From the human T2T-CHM13v2.0 reference genome, Homo sapiens: a DNA stretch of 64,000 nucleotides. Where the stretch lies: assembly GCF_009914755.1 (NCBI RefSeq), contig NC_060925.1. The stretch is one strand, 5' to 3'. Below the pieces are notes generated by a model. The model did no database searches. It saw only the letters and a program-made list of their open reading frames with translations, and had not been told where the DNA came from. The position numbers and the translations under genes are program-made. Below, piece after piece: positions 45,305 through 59,237 of the stretch; the stretch's first letter is position 1, and each line of letters begins with the position of its first letter.

Positions 45305-47218
45305 ATAATCATTGAAAAAGCTTATATGTAAACTTTTACCTCATTCACATTCATCTAATTTACTCATCTTTAAAACTTATGTTTGAACTGTTTATAAAAA
45401 TTGTAGGAGACATTGAAGAAAACTAGCCATCATCTCAAGTTATTTCCCTTTTAACTATTTTTACAGTGTGCAAATGTTAGGCAGTAGCCACCTAAGCAAG
45501 TACCCTAAAGTTAAATACATGGCTATTTTATTGATCAGAAGACACAGCTGTTTTTGTTAAAGTAAAAATATTAAACTAGTCAGATTTACCCAAGTCACAT
45601 GCACTAAAAGGCATCTGAGTTAATTTCTACTTTTCTGATAAAATATTTTAAAGTGCTTACTTTTTCCTTTAAGCTATTAATTACAGCTCGTTAATATATT
45701 TTCAGAGAGAAATATCACATACACATAACCCATATGAACATATAGACACACAGACAGAAGCAGGTCTTATAGCTTTTATAAGATTATTTATTTCTCAATG
45801 TTAAAATAGTTTCTCTCTCCATTTTATACCATAAATCTCCCAATCATCTGTTTCATTGCCCTAAATAATAATTAGGCAACCCTAAATTTGCACTTTCGAA
45901 GACACGACTCTTAGGTAAAACAAAGTAGAAAATTTACATCTCAAAGGCACAGAACTTAGATCTCAACACCATTACTTCCCCAGACAAAGAACAGCATAGA
46001 TATAGGTCCAGTTGAGACAAAATGGCCAGGAAAAGCACCTTAAAGGTAAGGTTTATTATGTAAACTTTATACCCATGTCTTCACCATTGTAAAGTTTTTA
46101 GGGGTTTAGGTGAATAGAGGGACAGGCCCTTACAAATGGAGGTTTTCATTATAGAGATAAATATCTTTTACAAAAAGTTTCAAAATAGCCAGTCAAATGT
46201 CAAAAGTTGAATTTTTTGGACCATATAGTTGATAGGTAGTCTTTTGAATTTATCTTACTTGTTAGTTAGATTACTGACTTCAGGATGAAGCCCTGTAACT
46301 AACATGGCAAAAAGGCATTTTCTATGCCTGGATTCAAGAATAGAACTTGATTTCATATTCCCTACAATATAAATTTTCTTCTTTATCCAAAGGAGTGGTT
46401 GTCCTATAATAGTGGGGTTGAAAATGGAAATAGTGGCTCTGGTGTCTACCTAGATTGGATAACAACCGGTAGAAGGTTAGAGCAGCTCCCTCTAAGGCCC
46501 ATCAATCCTGATAGTTAACATGGAAATTATCAGGGAGTGAAAAGGCTGTTTTTAGGGACTTTCCTTGAAATTTTGGGAGTAGCCTCTTTTCCAATGTCCT
46601 GGTTGTTTGCACCAATAGCAACTGCTGTTTTAGGGGTTGCTTGTTGAAGAAGTGCTCTGGGGTAGACCCAAAGGCCATTCTAGGTTGTTGGTTGGCGTGG
46701 AGCTGAAACACATTGGAAATGGCTTTCAAATGCTCAATTGTGATTTTTCAGGTTTTGTTAGGCCTATACATGGACCAGGTAGGAGCTTGTCCAGTAATAC
46801 CATTCTGCCTCTTTTATCCATTTCTGGGCTTCACCAGTTTTCACTAGTATGTGAATTAATTGGTAAAGATCAAATATCTTGAGGTCATAAATTTCAATTA
46901 AGACCTTGAATTCTTCAGAAACCTTTTGAAGGCCTTCCCTAGATTTAGCAAAATTTTTAACTATGGCGCTGAGTTCTATTATCACCTAGGGAGTGTAAGT
47001 CACTCTGGGATTATTTCCTGAATTTTTGAGTGGCTTTAAGCAAACTGTTTAATTGTGGTTTTATTTTGTTTTGTTTTGTTTTGTTTTCAGAGGAGAAAGC
47101 CAAGTCAGACTGAGAGTTAGTAGACTAAATACTCAGGCAAAGTGGGATAGAGAGGAGCAGTAGGAATTCTGTCAGTTTTACTGTTCTTGATGTGGATGAT
47201 ATCTTGCATTTTTAGCTT

Positions 47219-47532
<314 letters not shown>

Positions 47533-48320
47533 TCACAATTAATTTAAAAAAAGTTAGAATTCTGTCTCTTTGAGGCTTCTGAATGCTATTAATAATTAGA
47601 ATGACATTCTCTCTGCTAAATTTGAGAGACTTGAGATTTAAGTATGCTTGTCAAATGAACAGCCTTATTCATCTGGAATGTTCCGTATAATGGCCCTGTA
47701 ATTCTGAATTATCTTTAGTAAGATTTTGCCACTTTTGTAAATATTTGCAGCTTCCAAGGTCATAGCTCCTAGACATGAAAAAGGCAAGTACACCAGAAGG
47801 CGAAGTACTCAGATATTTATAAATTAAGGATCCCATTTTTATGTATGATCTTGGGTCTCTTAGAGCTGACATGGCTTTAGCTATAAGACCTCAGCATATA
47901 AGAAGAGAAAAAAATAAAGAGCCCCCCTTCAGTAATAACTACTTATTGTAACTGCCATCAGTTACCTTAAAAACTGCAGCTTTTTTGCCAGTGACTCATC
48001 AGTCACCACAAACCGAAAGGTCATGTGCCCTGCCACAGCACAAAGCAACCCTTGGTAACACACAGTCAAGTGCTCTTTCACTATATAAACTAACCCTTTG
48101 TACCCCAAAGGCCAAAGATATTAGGGAGCTCAAATGCAAAAGACAACAGAGCTCCAACCTGAGAGGAACTTACTTATGACTCCTGGAGCTCCATGAGAAA
48201 GACAGAGGAACCCCTTCACCCCCGCCCCTCCAAAAGGGACTACAGCATTTTTCCTATGTTTCTCAGAAGGTCTCAGGGTTTTCAGCAGTCTCCTTCAGTT
48301 TCCTTTGTGGTCACCAGATT

Positions 48321-48836
48321 TGCCAAAGGACAAAATTACACGTTTAGTTTGAAGATCTCGACTAGCTTTATTGCAATTCTAGGATTGGGCAATGTCTCAT
48401 TCCATAAAATAGAATAAGTGTCCCAAAGAGTTGAGCAGAGGGGATTCATTTTATAGACAGAGGGGGTTGAAGAAACCAGAAGCAAAGAACAAAATGTGGA
48501 CTCGTCCTTTGAAAGTTACCTCCCTTACAAGGTGAGAACAAGGAAACAGAACAATAGAGAAATAACAGATTTGTTAGCATCAGGTTACGTCGGGTTACTT
48601 TTGTTGTAAGGATTAAAACAGAGGGAACTTCGTTATCCTGCTCATTAAAGACGGAAACTGGTCTGCTTGGAACATTGGCTGTTACTGCTCTGTCCTGATT
48701 TTGGGGAAGATGAAATAACAACTTATTTTCAGTTTGGTGATATGGAACTTTGGCATGGGTGACTCCATTTTGATTTTTAGTCTGGTCTGTTGGGGCCTAA
48801 TACAAAACAATAGCCTTTCATAATTTTTACTTAACA
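48321..48836 (-). mobile_element. 5' LTR of that ERV (MER67-like)
   Basis: Minus strand reads TGTTAA...GGCA and is followed by a PBS-like sequence. Resembles my recollection of MER67. Confidence 0.7.
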
Positions 48837-48984
48837 TTAGGAAATAAGACACAAAGCTCATATCTTTATCAAATCTAAGGGTCTTTGGTCCATTGACCAT
48901 TCATGTGCACTCCTTTTGACATTTTTCCCAGGCTGACTGTGAATTTAGCATAGTTCTGATTCTTTACTTGCAATAACAGCAGTT

Positions 48985-49195
48985 ACTCTGTGACAGGCAC
49001 TCTTCTCAGCGCTTTTCACCCAGTAACTCATTTAATCCATACAAGGTCCTGTAATAAAGGGACTATGGTCTACATCTTAAACGGGCAGTACCTGTGCAAG
49101 GTTGGTGAGATCGTTCTCCCAAGCTTGCACAGCAAGAAGGATCAGGATTTGAACTCAGACCCAGGACCCAGATGCTTGACCGATTAAGCCAGAGC
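48985..49195 (-). mobile_element. MIR fragment
   Basis: taactcatttaatccatac...caggatttgaactcagac. Confidence 0.6.
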
Positions 49196-49221
49196 AGCCT
49201 CAGAGCCCAAGTTCCAGAAAG

Positions 49222-50080
<859 letters not shown>

Positions 50081-50413
50081 TTAGTCATCTTTATTACCCT
50101 GGCCAAAGGTCTCCTTGCTCATGACAGTCAAAGACTAAAGGACAGAGGGAACTTTTTAATAATGAGAGTTTGCTGACATGCACACACGTGTCATCCACTT
50201 TCTGATAAAAAAAAACAGAGAATACATTACTGTGGCCCAAACCTGACATTTTAAGCCATTTGAGATACCCAATAGTCTAGAAAGAATGCTCCTGAGAATT
50301 AAAATGAAAGAAATGTCTCCAACCAAATTAGAGACTACTAAATGAATCTTATTAAGAAGCCAAGTGGAAACCCTATCTCAGAGAACAAATTAGGACATAG
50401 AAATCAAATTGCC

Positions 50414-50733
<320 letters not shown>

Positions 50734-50734
50734 T

Positions 50735-51629
50735 CATTAAACCAAAAACAAAATTCTAAGTCCCTCAACCAACTGAATGGACCCCCTTCTCTCAGCCAAG
50801 GGCCTTCTAAAACACTAAACCTGAAACACTAGTTCAGGCCATGATGGGAATAGGTGGTCAGGCATGTCACATTACACTTTCCTCCCTGTGGAATTCAGGC
50901 ACATCTGACCAGTATTTACATTCAAACAGCAACTTTAAGATTGACAAAACAGACTCTTTGTAGCAGTAAGATATCAACATGACAGATGGCAGGCCCTGAA
51001 ATAAATAGAAGTATTTTACCCCAAAATATATTTCTTTGACATATTTTGAAATGACCCTGCAAAGTTGTTTCTTGTGGGAAAAATCCACATTCTATAGAGA
51101 ATCCCCTTCCCTTTCCAGGTCTTTTTCCTGATCCAGGAGAGAATTAAGAGTCTGGCACCTTTTTAAGTCTTATAAGAAACATTTACTATTATCTCTGAAG
51201 CCTGCTACCTAGAGGTTTCATCTGCATAATAAAAACCTTGGTCTCCTCAACCCCTTATCTTAACTCAGTCACTCCCTTCTATTGATTCCAGGCCTTTTGA
51301 TAAACTCAACCAATTGCCAATCAGAAAATCTTTGAATCCACCTAAGACCTGGAAGTCCCCCCACACCTTTGATTTGTCCACCTTTCCAGACACAACCCAT
51401 GTCATCTTAAAAGTAGTGATCGACATCTAATGTATATTAATTAATAAATTAGATCGACATCTAATGTATTGTGTCTCCCTAAAATGTATAAAACCAAGCT
51501 GTAGCCTGACTACCTTTGGCACAGGTTCTCAAGATCTCTTACGGCTCTTTCATGGGCCATGGAAACTCATATTTGGCTCAGAATAAAACTCTTGAAATAT
51601 TTTACAGAGTTTGACTCATTTTGTCAACA
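50735..51629 (+). mobile_element. MER4D-like ERV1 solo LTR
   Basis: taaaccaaaaacaaaattctaag...tttacagagtttgactcattttgtcaaca. 4-bp TSD ccat. Confidence 0.8.
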
Positions 51630-52085
51630 CCATGATTTGAGCAGGCAGCTCAAAGGGTAAATCCAATGAGGAAATAAGGATAAAATAATGTGTTCTGAGC
51701 ACCTATTCTTTGTCAGGCTCTTTGCCTGTGTTATCTTTTAAAATCTGCACAACACTGAGAAATAGGCAATATTCCTATTGGGGCACAGAAAACAAAACCC
51801 CAACAGTTCAGGAACACAGAGGAAACGTCTTCATATTTTACACAAGTGAAGGAGATATCACAAGCATGAATGCCCTGAAAATGTTCCCCCAGTTTTCTGT
51901 TTAGTTCTGTTACTTTCAGGGTAACAATATTATTAATCATCTCTACCACTAATTGAGTGTTAGCCACATGCACCTAGCACTGTGCTAAGCGCTTTATATG
52001 CACCATTTCATTGAATGCTTGTAATTACAATGTGAATTATTATTATTATTTATTATTAACCTTATTTTACAATGAGACAACTTAT

Positions 52086-55000
52086 TGTCAGGCCTCTGAG
52101 CCCAAGCCAAGCCATCGCATCCCCTGTGACTTGTGCCCAGATGGCCTGAAGTAACTGAAGAATCACAAAAGAAGTGAAAGACCCTGCCCGACCTTAACTG
52201 ATGACATTCCACCATTGTGATTTGTTCCTGCCCCACCTTAACTGAGTGATTAACGCTGTGAATTTCCTTCTCCTGGCTCAGAAGCTCCCCCACTGAGCAG
52301 CTTGTGCCCCCACTCCCCCGCCCCTGCCCACCAGAGAACAAACCCCCTTTGACTGTAATTTTCCATTACCTTCCCAAATCCTATAAAACGGCCCCACCCC
52401 TATCTCCCTTCATTGACTCTCTTTTCGGACTCAGCCCACCTGCACCCAGGTGAAATAAACAGCCATGTTGCTCACACAAAGCCTGTTTGGTGGTCTCTTC
52501 ACACAGATGTGCATGAAATTTGGTGTGGTGACTCGGATCGGGGGACCTGCCTCAGGAAATCAATCCCCTGTCCTCCTGCTCTTTGCTCCGTGAGAAAGAT
52601 CCACCTACGACCTCAGGTCCTCAGACCGACTAGCCCAAGAAACATCTCACCAATTTCAAATCTGGTAAGCGGCCTCTTTTTACTCTCTTCTCCAACTTCC
52701 CTCACTATCCCTCAACCTCTTTCTCCTTTCAATCTTGGTGCCACACTTCAATCTCTCCCTTCTGTTAATTTCAATTCCTTTCATTTTCTGGTAGAGACAA
52801 AGGAGACACGTTTTATCCGTGGAACCAAAACTCCGGAGCCGGTCACGGACTGGGAAGGCAGCCTTCCCTTAGTGTTTAATCATTGCAGGGACACCTCTCT
52901 GATTGTTCACCAACGTTTCAAAGGTGTCAGACCATGCAGGGACGCCTGCCTTACTCCTTCACCCTTAGCGGCAAGTCCCGCTTTTCTGGGGGAAGGGCAA
53001 GTACCCCAACCCCTTCTCTCCATGTCTCTACCCCTTCTCTGATTTTCTGGGGCAGGGGCAAGAACCCCTCAACCCCTTCTCCTTCACCCTTAGCAGCAAG
53101 TCCCGCTTTTCTGGGGGAGGGGCAAGTACCCGTCAACCCCTTCTCCTTCACCCTTAGCGGTAAGTCCCACTTTTCTAAGGGGCAAGAACGCCCAATCCCT
53201 TCTTTCCACACGCCGACCTCTTATCTCTGTGCCCCAATCCCTTATTTCTGCACCCTGACCTCTTATCTCTGTGTCCCAATCCCTTATTTCCGTGCCCCAA
53301 CCCTTTCTCTGCTTTTCTGGAGAGCAAGAACCCCCCACCCCTTCTCTGTGTCTCTACTCTTTTCTCTGGGCTTGCCTCCTTCACTATGGGCAACCTTCCA
53401 CCTTCCATTCCTCCTTCTTCTCCCTTAGCCTGTATTCTTAAGAACTTAAAACCTCTTCAACTCTCACCTGACCTAAAATCTAAGCATCTTATTTTCTTCC
53501 GCAATGCCACTTGACCCCAGTACAAACTTGACAGTAGTTACAAATAGCCAGAAAATGGCGCTTTCAATTTTTCCATCCTACAAGGTCTAAATAATTCTTG
53601 TCGTAAAATGGGCAAATGGTCTGAGGTGCCTTATGTCCAGGCATTCTTTAACACATCAGTCCCTTCCTAGTCTCTGTGCCCAGTGCAACTCGTCCCAAAT
53701 CTTCCTTCTTTCCCTCCCGCCTGTCCCCTCAGTGCCAACCCCAAGCGTCGCTGAGTCTTTCTAATCTTCCTTTTCTACAGACCCATCTGACCTCTCCCCT
53801 CCTCGCCAGGCCGAACTAGGTCCTAATTCTTCCTCAGCCTCCGCTCTTCCACCCTATAATCTTTTTATCACCTCCCCTCCTCACACCTGCTCCGGCTTAC
53901 AGTTTCATTCAGTGACTACCCCTCCCCCACCTGCCTAGCAATTTACTCTTAAAAAGGTGGCTGGAGCCAAAGGCATAGTCAAGGTTAATGCACCTTTTTC
54001 TTTATCCCAAATCAGAAGCATTTAGGCTCTTTTTCATCAAATATAAAAACCGAGCCCAGTTCATGGCTCATTCGGCAGCAACCCTGAGATGCTTTACAGC
54101 CCTAGACCCTAAAAGGTCAAAAGGCCGTCTTATTCTCAATATACATTTTATTACCCAATCTGCTCCTGACATTAAATAAAACTCCAAAAATTGGAATCTG
54201 GCCCTCAAACCCCACAACAGGACTTAATTAACCTCACTTTCAAGGTGTACAATAACAGAAAAAAGTTGCAATTCCTTGCCTCCACTGTGAGACAAACCCC
54301 AGCCACATCTCCAGCACACAAGAACTTCCAAACACCTAAACCGCAGTGGCCAGGGGTTCCTCCAAAACCTCCTCCCCCAGGAGTTTGCTACAAGTGCCAG
54401 AAATCTGACCACCAGGCCAAGGAATGCCTGGAGCCCAGGATTCTTCCTAAGCCGTGTCCCATCTGTGCGGGACCCCACTGAAAATCGGACTGTTCATCTC
54501 ACCTGGCAGCCACTCCCAGAGCCCGTGGAACTCTGGCCCAAGGCTCTCTGACTGACTCCTTCTTGGCTTAGCGGCTGAAGACTGACACTGCCCGATCGCC
54601 TCAGAAACCCCGTAGACCATCACGGACGCCGAGCTTTAGTTAACTCTCACAGTGGAGGGTAAGTCCGTCCCCTTCTTAATCAATACGGAGGCTACCCACT
54701 CCACATCACCTTCTTTTCAAGGGCCTGTTTCCCTTGCTTCCATAACTGTTGTGGGTATTGACAGCCAGGCTTCTAAACCTCTTAAAACTCCCCAACTCTG
54801 GTGCCAACTTAGACAATACTCTTTTAAGCACTCCTTTTTAGTTATCCCCACCTGCCCAGTTCCCTTATTAGGCTGAGACACTTTAAATTATCTGCTTCCC
54901 TGACTATTCCTGGACTACAGCTACATCTCATTGCCACCCTTCTTCCCAATCCAAATCCTCCTTTGCGTCCACCTCTTGTATTCCCCCACCTTAACCCACA

Positions 55001-57794
55001 AGTATAAGATACCTCTACTCCCTCCTTGGTGACCGATCATGCACCCCTTACCATCTCATTAAAACCTAATCATTCTTACCCCCTCAATGTCAAGATCCCA
55101 TCCCGCAGCACGCTTTAAAAGGATTAAAGCCTGTTATCACTCGCCTGCTACAGCATGACCTTTTAAAGCCTATAAACTCTCCTTACCATTCCCCCATTTT
55201 ACCTGTCCTAAAACCAGATAAACCTTACAAGTTAGTTCAGGATCTGCACCTTATCAACCAAATTGTTTTGCCTATCCACCCCGTGGTGCCAAACCCATAC
55301 ACTCTCCTATCCTCAATACCTCCCTCTACTACCCATTATTCTGTTCTGGATCTCAAACATGCTTACTTTACTATTCCTTTGCACCCTTCATCCCAGCCTC
55401 TCTTTGCTTTCACTTAGACTGACCCTGACACCCATTAGGCTCAGCAATTACCTGGGCTGTACTGCCGCAAGGCTTCACAGACAGACCCCATTTCAGTCAA
55501 GCCCAAATTTCATCCTCATCTGTTACCTATCTCGGCATAATTCTCGTAAAAACACACTTGCTCTCCCTGCTGATCTTGTCCGATTAATCTCCCAAACCTC
55601 AATCCCTTACAAAACAACAACTCCTTTCCTTCCTAGGCATGGTTAGTGCGGTCAGAATTCTTACACAAGAGCCAGGACCACACCCTGTAGCCTTTCTGTC
55701 CAAACAACTTGACCTTACTGTTTTAGCCTAGCCCTCATGTCTGTGTGCAGCAGCTGCCACTGCTTTCATAATTTTAGAGGCCCTCAAAATCACAGACTAT
55801 GCTCAACTCACTCTCTACAGTTCTCATAACTTCCAAAATCTATTTTCTTCCTCATACCTGACTCATATACTTTCTGCTCCCTGGCTCCTTCAGCTGTACT
55901 CACATTTTGTTAAGTCCCACAATTACCATTGTTCCTGGCCCAGACTTCAATCCGGCCTCCCACATTATTCTAGATACCACACCTGACCCCCATGACTGTA
56001 TCTCTCTGATCCACCTGATGTTCATCCCATTTCCCCACATTTCCTTCTTCCTGTTTCTCACCCTGATCACGCTTGATTTATTGATGGCGGTTCCACCAGG
56101 CCTAATCGCCACACACCAGCAAAGGCAGGCTATGCTATAGTAGAAGCCACTAGCCCGCCTCTTAGAACCTTTCATTTCCTTTCCATTGTAGAAATCTATC
56201 CTCAAGGAAATAACTTCTCAGTGTTCCATCTGCTATTCTACTACTCCTCAATGATTATTCAGGCCCACTACCTTCTCTACACATCAATCTGGAGGATTTG
56301 CCCCCACCCAGGACTGGCAAATTAGCTTTACTCAACATGCCCCGAGTCACAAAAACTAAAATACCTCTTATTCTAAGTAGACACTTTCACTAGTTAGGTA
56401 GAGGCCTTTCCTACAGGGTCTGAGAAGGCCACCGCAATCCTTTCTTCCCTTCTGTCAGACATAATTCCTCAGTTTAGCCTTCCCACCTCTACACAGTCTG
56501 ATAACAGACCAGTCTTTATTAATCAAATCAGCCAAGCATTTTCTCAGGCTCTTAGTATTCAGTGACAGACTAATGGTCTATTAAAAACACACCTCACCAA
56601 GCTCAGCCACCAACTTAAAAAGGACTGGACAATACTTTTACCACTTTCCCTTCTCAGAATTCAGCCTGTCCTTGGAATGCTGCAGGCTACAGCCCATTTA
56701 AGCTCCTGTATAGATGCTCCTTTTTATTAGGCCCCAGTCTCATTCCAGACACCAGACCAACTTAGACTGTGCCCCCAAATAACTTGTCATCCGTACTATC
56801 TTCTATCTAGTCATACTCCTATTCACTGTTCTCAACTACTCATACATGCCCTGCTCTTGTTTACACTGCCGGTTTACACTGTTTCTCCAAGCCATCACAG
56901 CTGATATCTCCTCCTGCTATCCCCAAACTGCCACTCTTAACTCTTGAAGTAAATAAATAATCTTTGCTGGCAGGACTATGCTGAACCTCCTTAGGCACTC
57001 TCTAATTAGATGTCCTAGGTCCTCCCAATTCTTAGTCTTTTTATACCTGTTTTTCTCCTTCTCTTATTCCATTTAGTTTTTCAATTCATACAAAACCGTA
57101 TCCAGGCCATCACCCATCACTCTATATGACAAATGTTTCTTCTAACAACCCACAATATCAACCCTTACCACAAGACCTCCCTTCAGCTTAATCTCTCCCA
57201 CTCTAGGTTCCCACGCTGCCCCTAATCCCGCTTGAAGCAGCCCTGAGAAACATCGCCCATTCTCTCTCCATACCACCCCCAAAAAATTTTCGCCGCCCCA
57301 ACACTTCAACACTATTTTGTTTTATTTTTCTTATTAATATAAGAAGGCAGGAATGTCAGGCCTCTGAACCCAAGCCAAGCCATCACATCCCCTGTGACTT
57401 GCACGTATGCACGTATGCACCTAGATGGCCTGAAGTTACTGAAGAATCACAAAAGAAGTGAAAAGGCCCTGCCCCGCCTTAACTGATGACATTCCACCAT
57501 TGTGATTTGTTCCTGCCCCACCTTAACTGAGTGATTAACCCTGTGAATTTCCTTCTCCTGGCTCAGAAGCTCCCCCACTGATCAGCTTGTGACCCCCGTC
57601 CCTGCCCACCAGAGAACAAACCCCCTTTGACTGTAATTTTCCATTACCTTCCCAAATCCTATAAAACGGCCCCACCCTTATCTCCCTTCGCTGACTCTTT
57701 TCGGACTCAGCCCATCTGCACCCAGGTGAAATAAACAGCCATGTTGCTCACACAAAGCCTGTTTGGTGGTCTCTTCACACGGATGCGCAAGAAA
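52086..57794 (+). mobile_element. HERV-H provirus, common deleted ~5.7-kb form, LTR7B-like LTRs
   Basis: LTRs 52086-52518 and 57354-57794; TSD CTTAT (52081-52085, 57795-57799); His-type PBS tggtgtggtgactcggat (52521-52538); gag ATG 53386; deleted pol; env TM remnant ~56800-57190; PPT aagaaggcaggaa. Confidence 0.95.
52950..53305 (+). repeat. Tandem repeats in HERV-H leader
   Basis: Three copies of ctccttcacccttagcg(g/a)caagtccc...ggggcaag, then ~33-bp units acctcttatctctgtg.cccaatcccttatttc. Confidence 0.8.
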
Positions 57795-58146
57795 CTTATA
57801 AAGGAGGAAATTTATAAAAAAAAAACTTGTAATTTATAAATGAAACTTGTAAATGAGGTCATTTGTAAATGAGAAAAGGCTTATAATGGGAGTATCAGGG
57901 CTCTGTGCCTCCATTCAACATCTGAATCTAAAGTAAAATTTATCTTCTTAAGCGAAAAATAAATTAACAACACAAATTAACATGGATGAGGGGGTCAGAA
58001 ATGTTTATGATCAGGCAAGAAAAGAGCTAAAATGTTCAGGGTGCTATGGAAGAATTAAGTAAATGTTTCTGGAAATCTACGTGGGTAGCTGGAAATCACT
58101 GATCTAAACCAGGATGGTGAGAGTAAGGTAAGTGATCTCTAGCCCT

Positions 58147-58893
58147 TGAGGACTAAACTCTGATTTTTTTTTGTCTTGCCCAAATTCCTATCTAAGGGGT
58201 CTGGGAAGTCATGCCCTACAAATCATAAATTCTCATTAGATGAGTTTTATTTAACCCCGTATATAATGATTTACTTTCCAACCTGACTCTGGCATAACAT
58301 TAGGAGACAAAGATAAAATCAAAATATTTTACCCCAAAACATGTTTCTTTGCCATATTTTGAAATGGCCCTGCAAAACTTTTCTTTGTAGGGGAAAATTT
58401 GCATCTGTAAAGAATCTCTATTGACATAGCTACATCTTTTTCTTCCAGACTCTCCCAATCCTAAAGAGATTAACTAAAATCTGAATAGGAAACATTTGTC
58501 ACCTATTGTCTCTAAGGACAGCCACTATAACACTTCAAAAAGACTTTGGTCTCCACAGTCTTTATCTTAACCAGAACATTCCCTTTCTATCTATCCCAGG
58601 TCTTCAGACAAACTCAATCCTCAACCAGAAAATATGTAAATTCACCTATAGCCTGGAGGCCCCCCACCTTTGAGCTCTTCCACCTTGATGGACCAAACCA
58701 ATGCATTTCTTAAATGTATTTGATTGATGTCTCATGCCTCTCTAAAATGTATACAAACAAGCTGCGCCCAGACTACCTTGGGCACAGGTTCTCAGGACCT
58801 CCTGAGGGCTGTGTCTCAGTCCATGGTCATTCATATTTGGCTGAGAATAAACCTCTTCAAATACTTTACAGAGTTCTACTCTTTTCGTCAACA
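58147..58893 (+). mobile_element. MER4E-like ERV1 solo LTR
   Basis: tgaggactaaactctgattttttt...cttttcgtcaaca. Perfect 4-bp TSD ccct. Confidence 0.85.
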
Positions 58894-59237
58894 CCCTGTA
58901 GATCGTCTCCCACCTACAGCTGGCCTCTCCAAGTTTTTGTGGAGGGCCAGGAAGCATTGGTTGGAGAGGAGAGGAGAGCAGAGAGGGGGTGGTTTGTGGC
59001 ATAGAGCAAAACTGGAGCTCCTCTCTTTGAATGCAAAATACAATGTTGGATCTTTTAGTCCATCTGTGAATCTATATTAAGCAATTGGTGAACGTATTTT
59101 AATATATTTGTTATTACAGTAAAGTTTTATACAAGCATATTTCACTGACTTTACATACGAAGTGCTTATATTTTAACACCTCTTGATGATGTCATAATTA
59201 TAATTGGCAGCATCTTTTCATTTTTACTAGTACCTAT

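Noticed and set aside
52950-53305. Repeat-spacer pattern resembling a CRISPR array
   Set aside because: Eukaryotic HERV-H leader tandem repeats. The spacers are not unique and there are no cas genes.
52413-53428. 209-aa and 181-aa ORFs in the HERV-H LTR/leader
   Set aside because: C/T-rich tandem-repeat leader with non-ATG starts. Stop depletion is explained by composition.
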